Assembly: GCA_045837725.1 (NCBI GenBank)
Contig: JBEWZL010000184.1
Coordinates: 62,001-126,000, forward strand
From: Vermamoeba vermiformis
Lineage: Eukaryota
Reading direction: 5' to 3'
Length of the DNA: 64,000 nt
In this document: in pieces, positions 63,008 to 64,000 of the stretch
Position numbering within the stretch: the stretch's first letter is position 1
Layout of the letters: every line of letters begins with the position of its first letter
The notes under the pieces: generated by a model
Told to the model about the DNA's origin: nothing
The model's database searches: none
Seen by the model: only the letters and a program-made list of their open reading frames with translations
Made by a program: the position numbers and the translations under genes

Positions 63008-64000
63008 ATGGGTCAAGGCAAATCAAAGAATAAAAAACCAACTACCACTACCACCACTAACAGTGGCAATACAACCAAGCCCACTACCTCCACACCCAAT
63101 CAGGGTCACGTCCTCAACCCAACTCAACCAACAAATACTGATTCAAACTCTTCTAATACACCAACTACACGAACAGACAACAAAAATACGGCCAATACTA
63201 CTAAAACGAAGTAAGCAATAATTAATTTATTAAAATCGGTGAATTACCATTTTAATTTTAATAATTTGTTATTCAGTCAAAATACCGCTTCGACTAAAGG
63301 CACAAAGAATGAAGCTACTAGCAGTGGATTTTCTCAAAAAAAACTGGAAAAGCTCTTTGAGAAATACAAAGGTTCGCATCAAAAAATCTTCGTGATCTAT
63401 TCAGTGCATAATAATCGGCTCCACTAAACATTAATACCATTAATATTAACAATACTCGTGGCTGACAATATTATTCTGCACTAGAACCCACGGATGATGT
63501 TATCGGCCCAAACGGTGTCGAAACTCTTTGCGCAGATCTACTAGTGCAGCCAGAAGATGTAGGTGCCCCCTCACACTGCTATATACTAATACATCGATCA
63601 TATCAGGTGGTGACACTAGTGCTGGCATGGCGACTCAATGCAGCAGACATGGGCTACTTTACGAAAGAAGAGTTCATGACAGGCCTGGAAAAGATGAAGT
63701 AAGCTCGTGTGACTACTAGCGACTATATATATGACTCACCTCGCTGCTAGTGTGGACTCGGTGGAGAAATTGATTGCACAACTGCCCGTGATGCGCAAAG
63801 AGCTGGCCGATGCGACCAAGTTCAAAGAGATCTATCGCTACTCGTTTCAATTCGCCAAGTCTGACAAGGAACAGAAGAGCTTAGGTACGCACCAGTACGA
63901 TGTGTGCAGCAGTGACTGACCGACGCAACAGATCTAGAGACAGCTGATGGTATCTTGGGGCTGTTACTCGGCGGCTACGAGCACGAAGATGTGTCGATCA
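63008..64000 (+). CDS. DCN1-like cullin neddylation protein with myristoylation-type N-terminus; truncated by window end
   Basis: MGQGKSK start; IGPNGVETLCADL..PED, LVLAWRLNAADMGYFTKEEF, FKEIYRYSFQFAK...QKSLDLETA. Confidence 0.9.

Noticed and set aside
1-64000. Stop-codon reassignment or programmed frameshifting to explain fragmented ORFs
   Set aside because: Every break I examined is explained by a spliceosomal intron, and TAA, TAG and TGA all serve as terminal stops

Overview
Very gene-dense, intron-rich eukaryotic DNA read with the standard genetic code. It is probably a protist, and gene content such as a vinculin/alpha-catenin protein, PTEN and a minor-spliceosome intron fits an amoebozoan, but this is inference. 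About 32 spliced protein-coding genes are recognisable, mostly housekeeping: EF-hand protein, LRR protein, vinculin family, CKS1, ISWI, eIF4E, COX5B, NUF2, CCT6, transportin-1, BPNT1, OST3/6, PTEN-like, CPSF6, RanBP1, TSR1, RNF5, eIF4G, LSG1, calcipressin, HEAT protein, XAP5, PEX2, V-ATPase c, CLN3, ubinuclein and DCN1-like. The most notable signals lie outside the ORF track: (1) a ~290-nt composite C/D-H/ACA guide RNA in an intron of an apparently non-coding host, with two independent guides that both match U5 snRNA loop I (predicted Um41 and Psi43); (2) two paralogous C/D snoRNAs in CCT6 introns; (3) a 12-bp palindrome, TGACACGTGTCA, found at least 11 times; (4) a textbook U12-type AT-AC intron in ISWI and three GC-AG introns; (5) a miniature AFF/AF4-like protein; (6) a bacterial-type TIGR04282+TIGR04283 glycosyltransferase fusion with a tRNA-Asp gene inside one intron; (7) a CpG-depleted, inverted-repeat island containing a decayed tRNA-like element. 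Gene coordinates are start-to-stop spans including introns, read by eye. Family assignments come from remembered motifs, not database searches.
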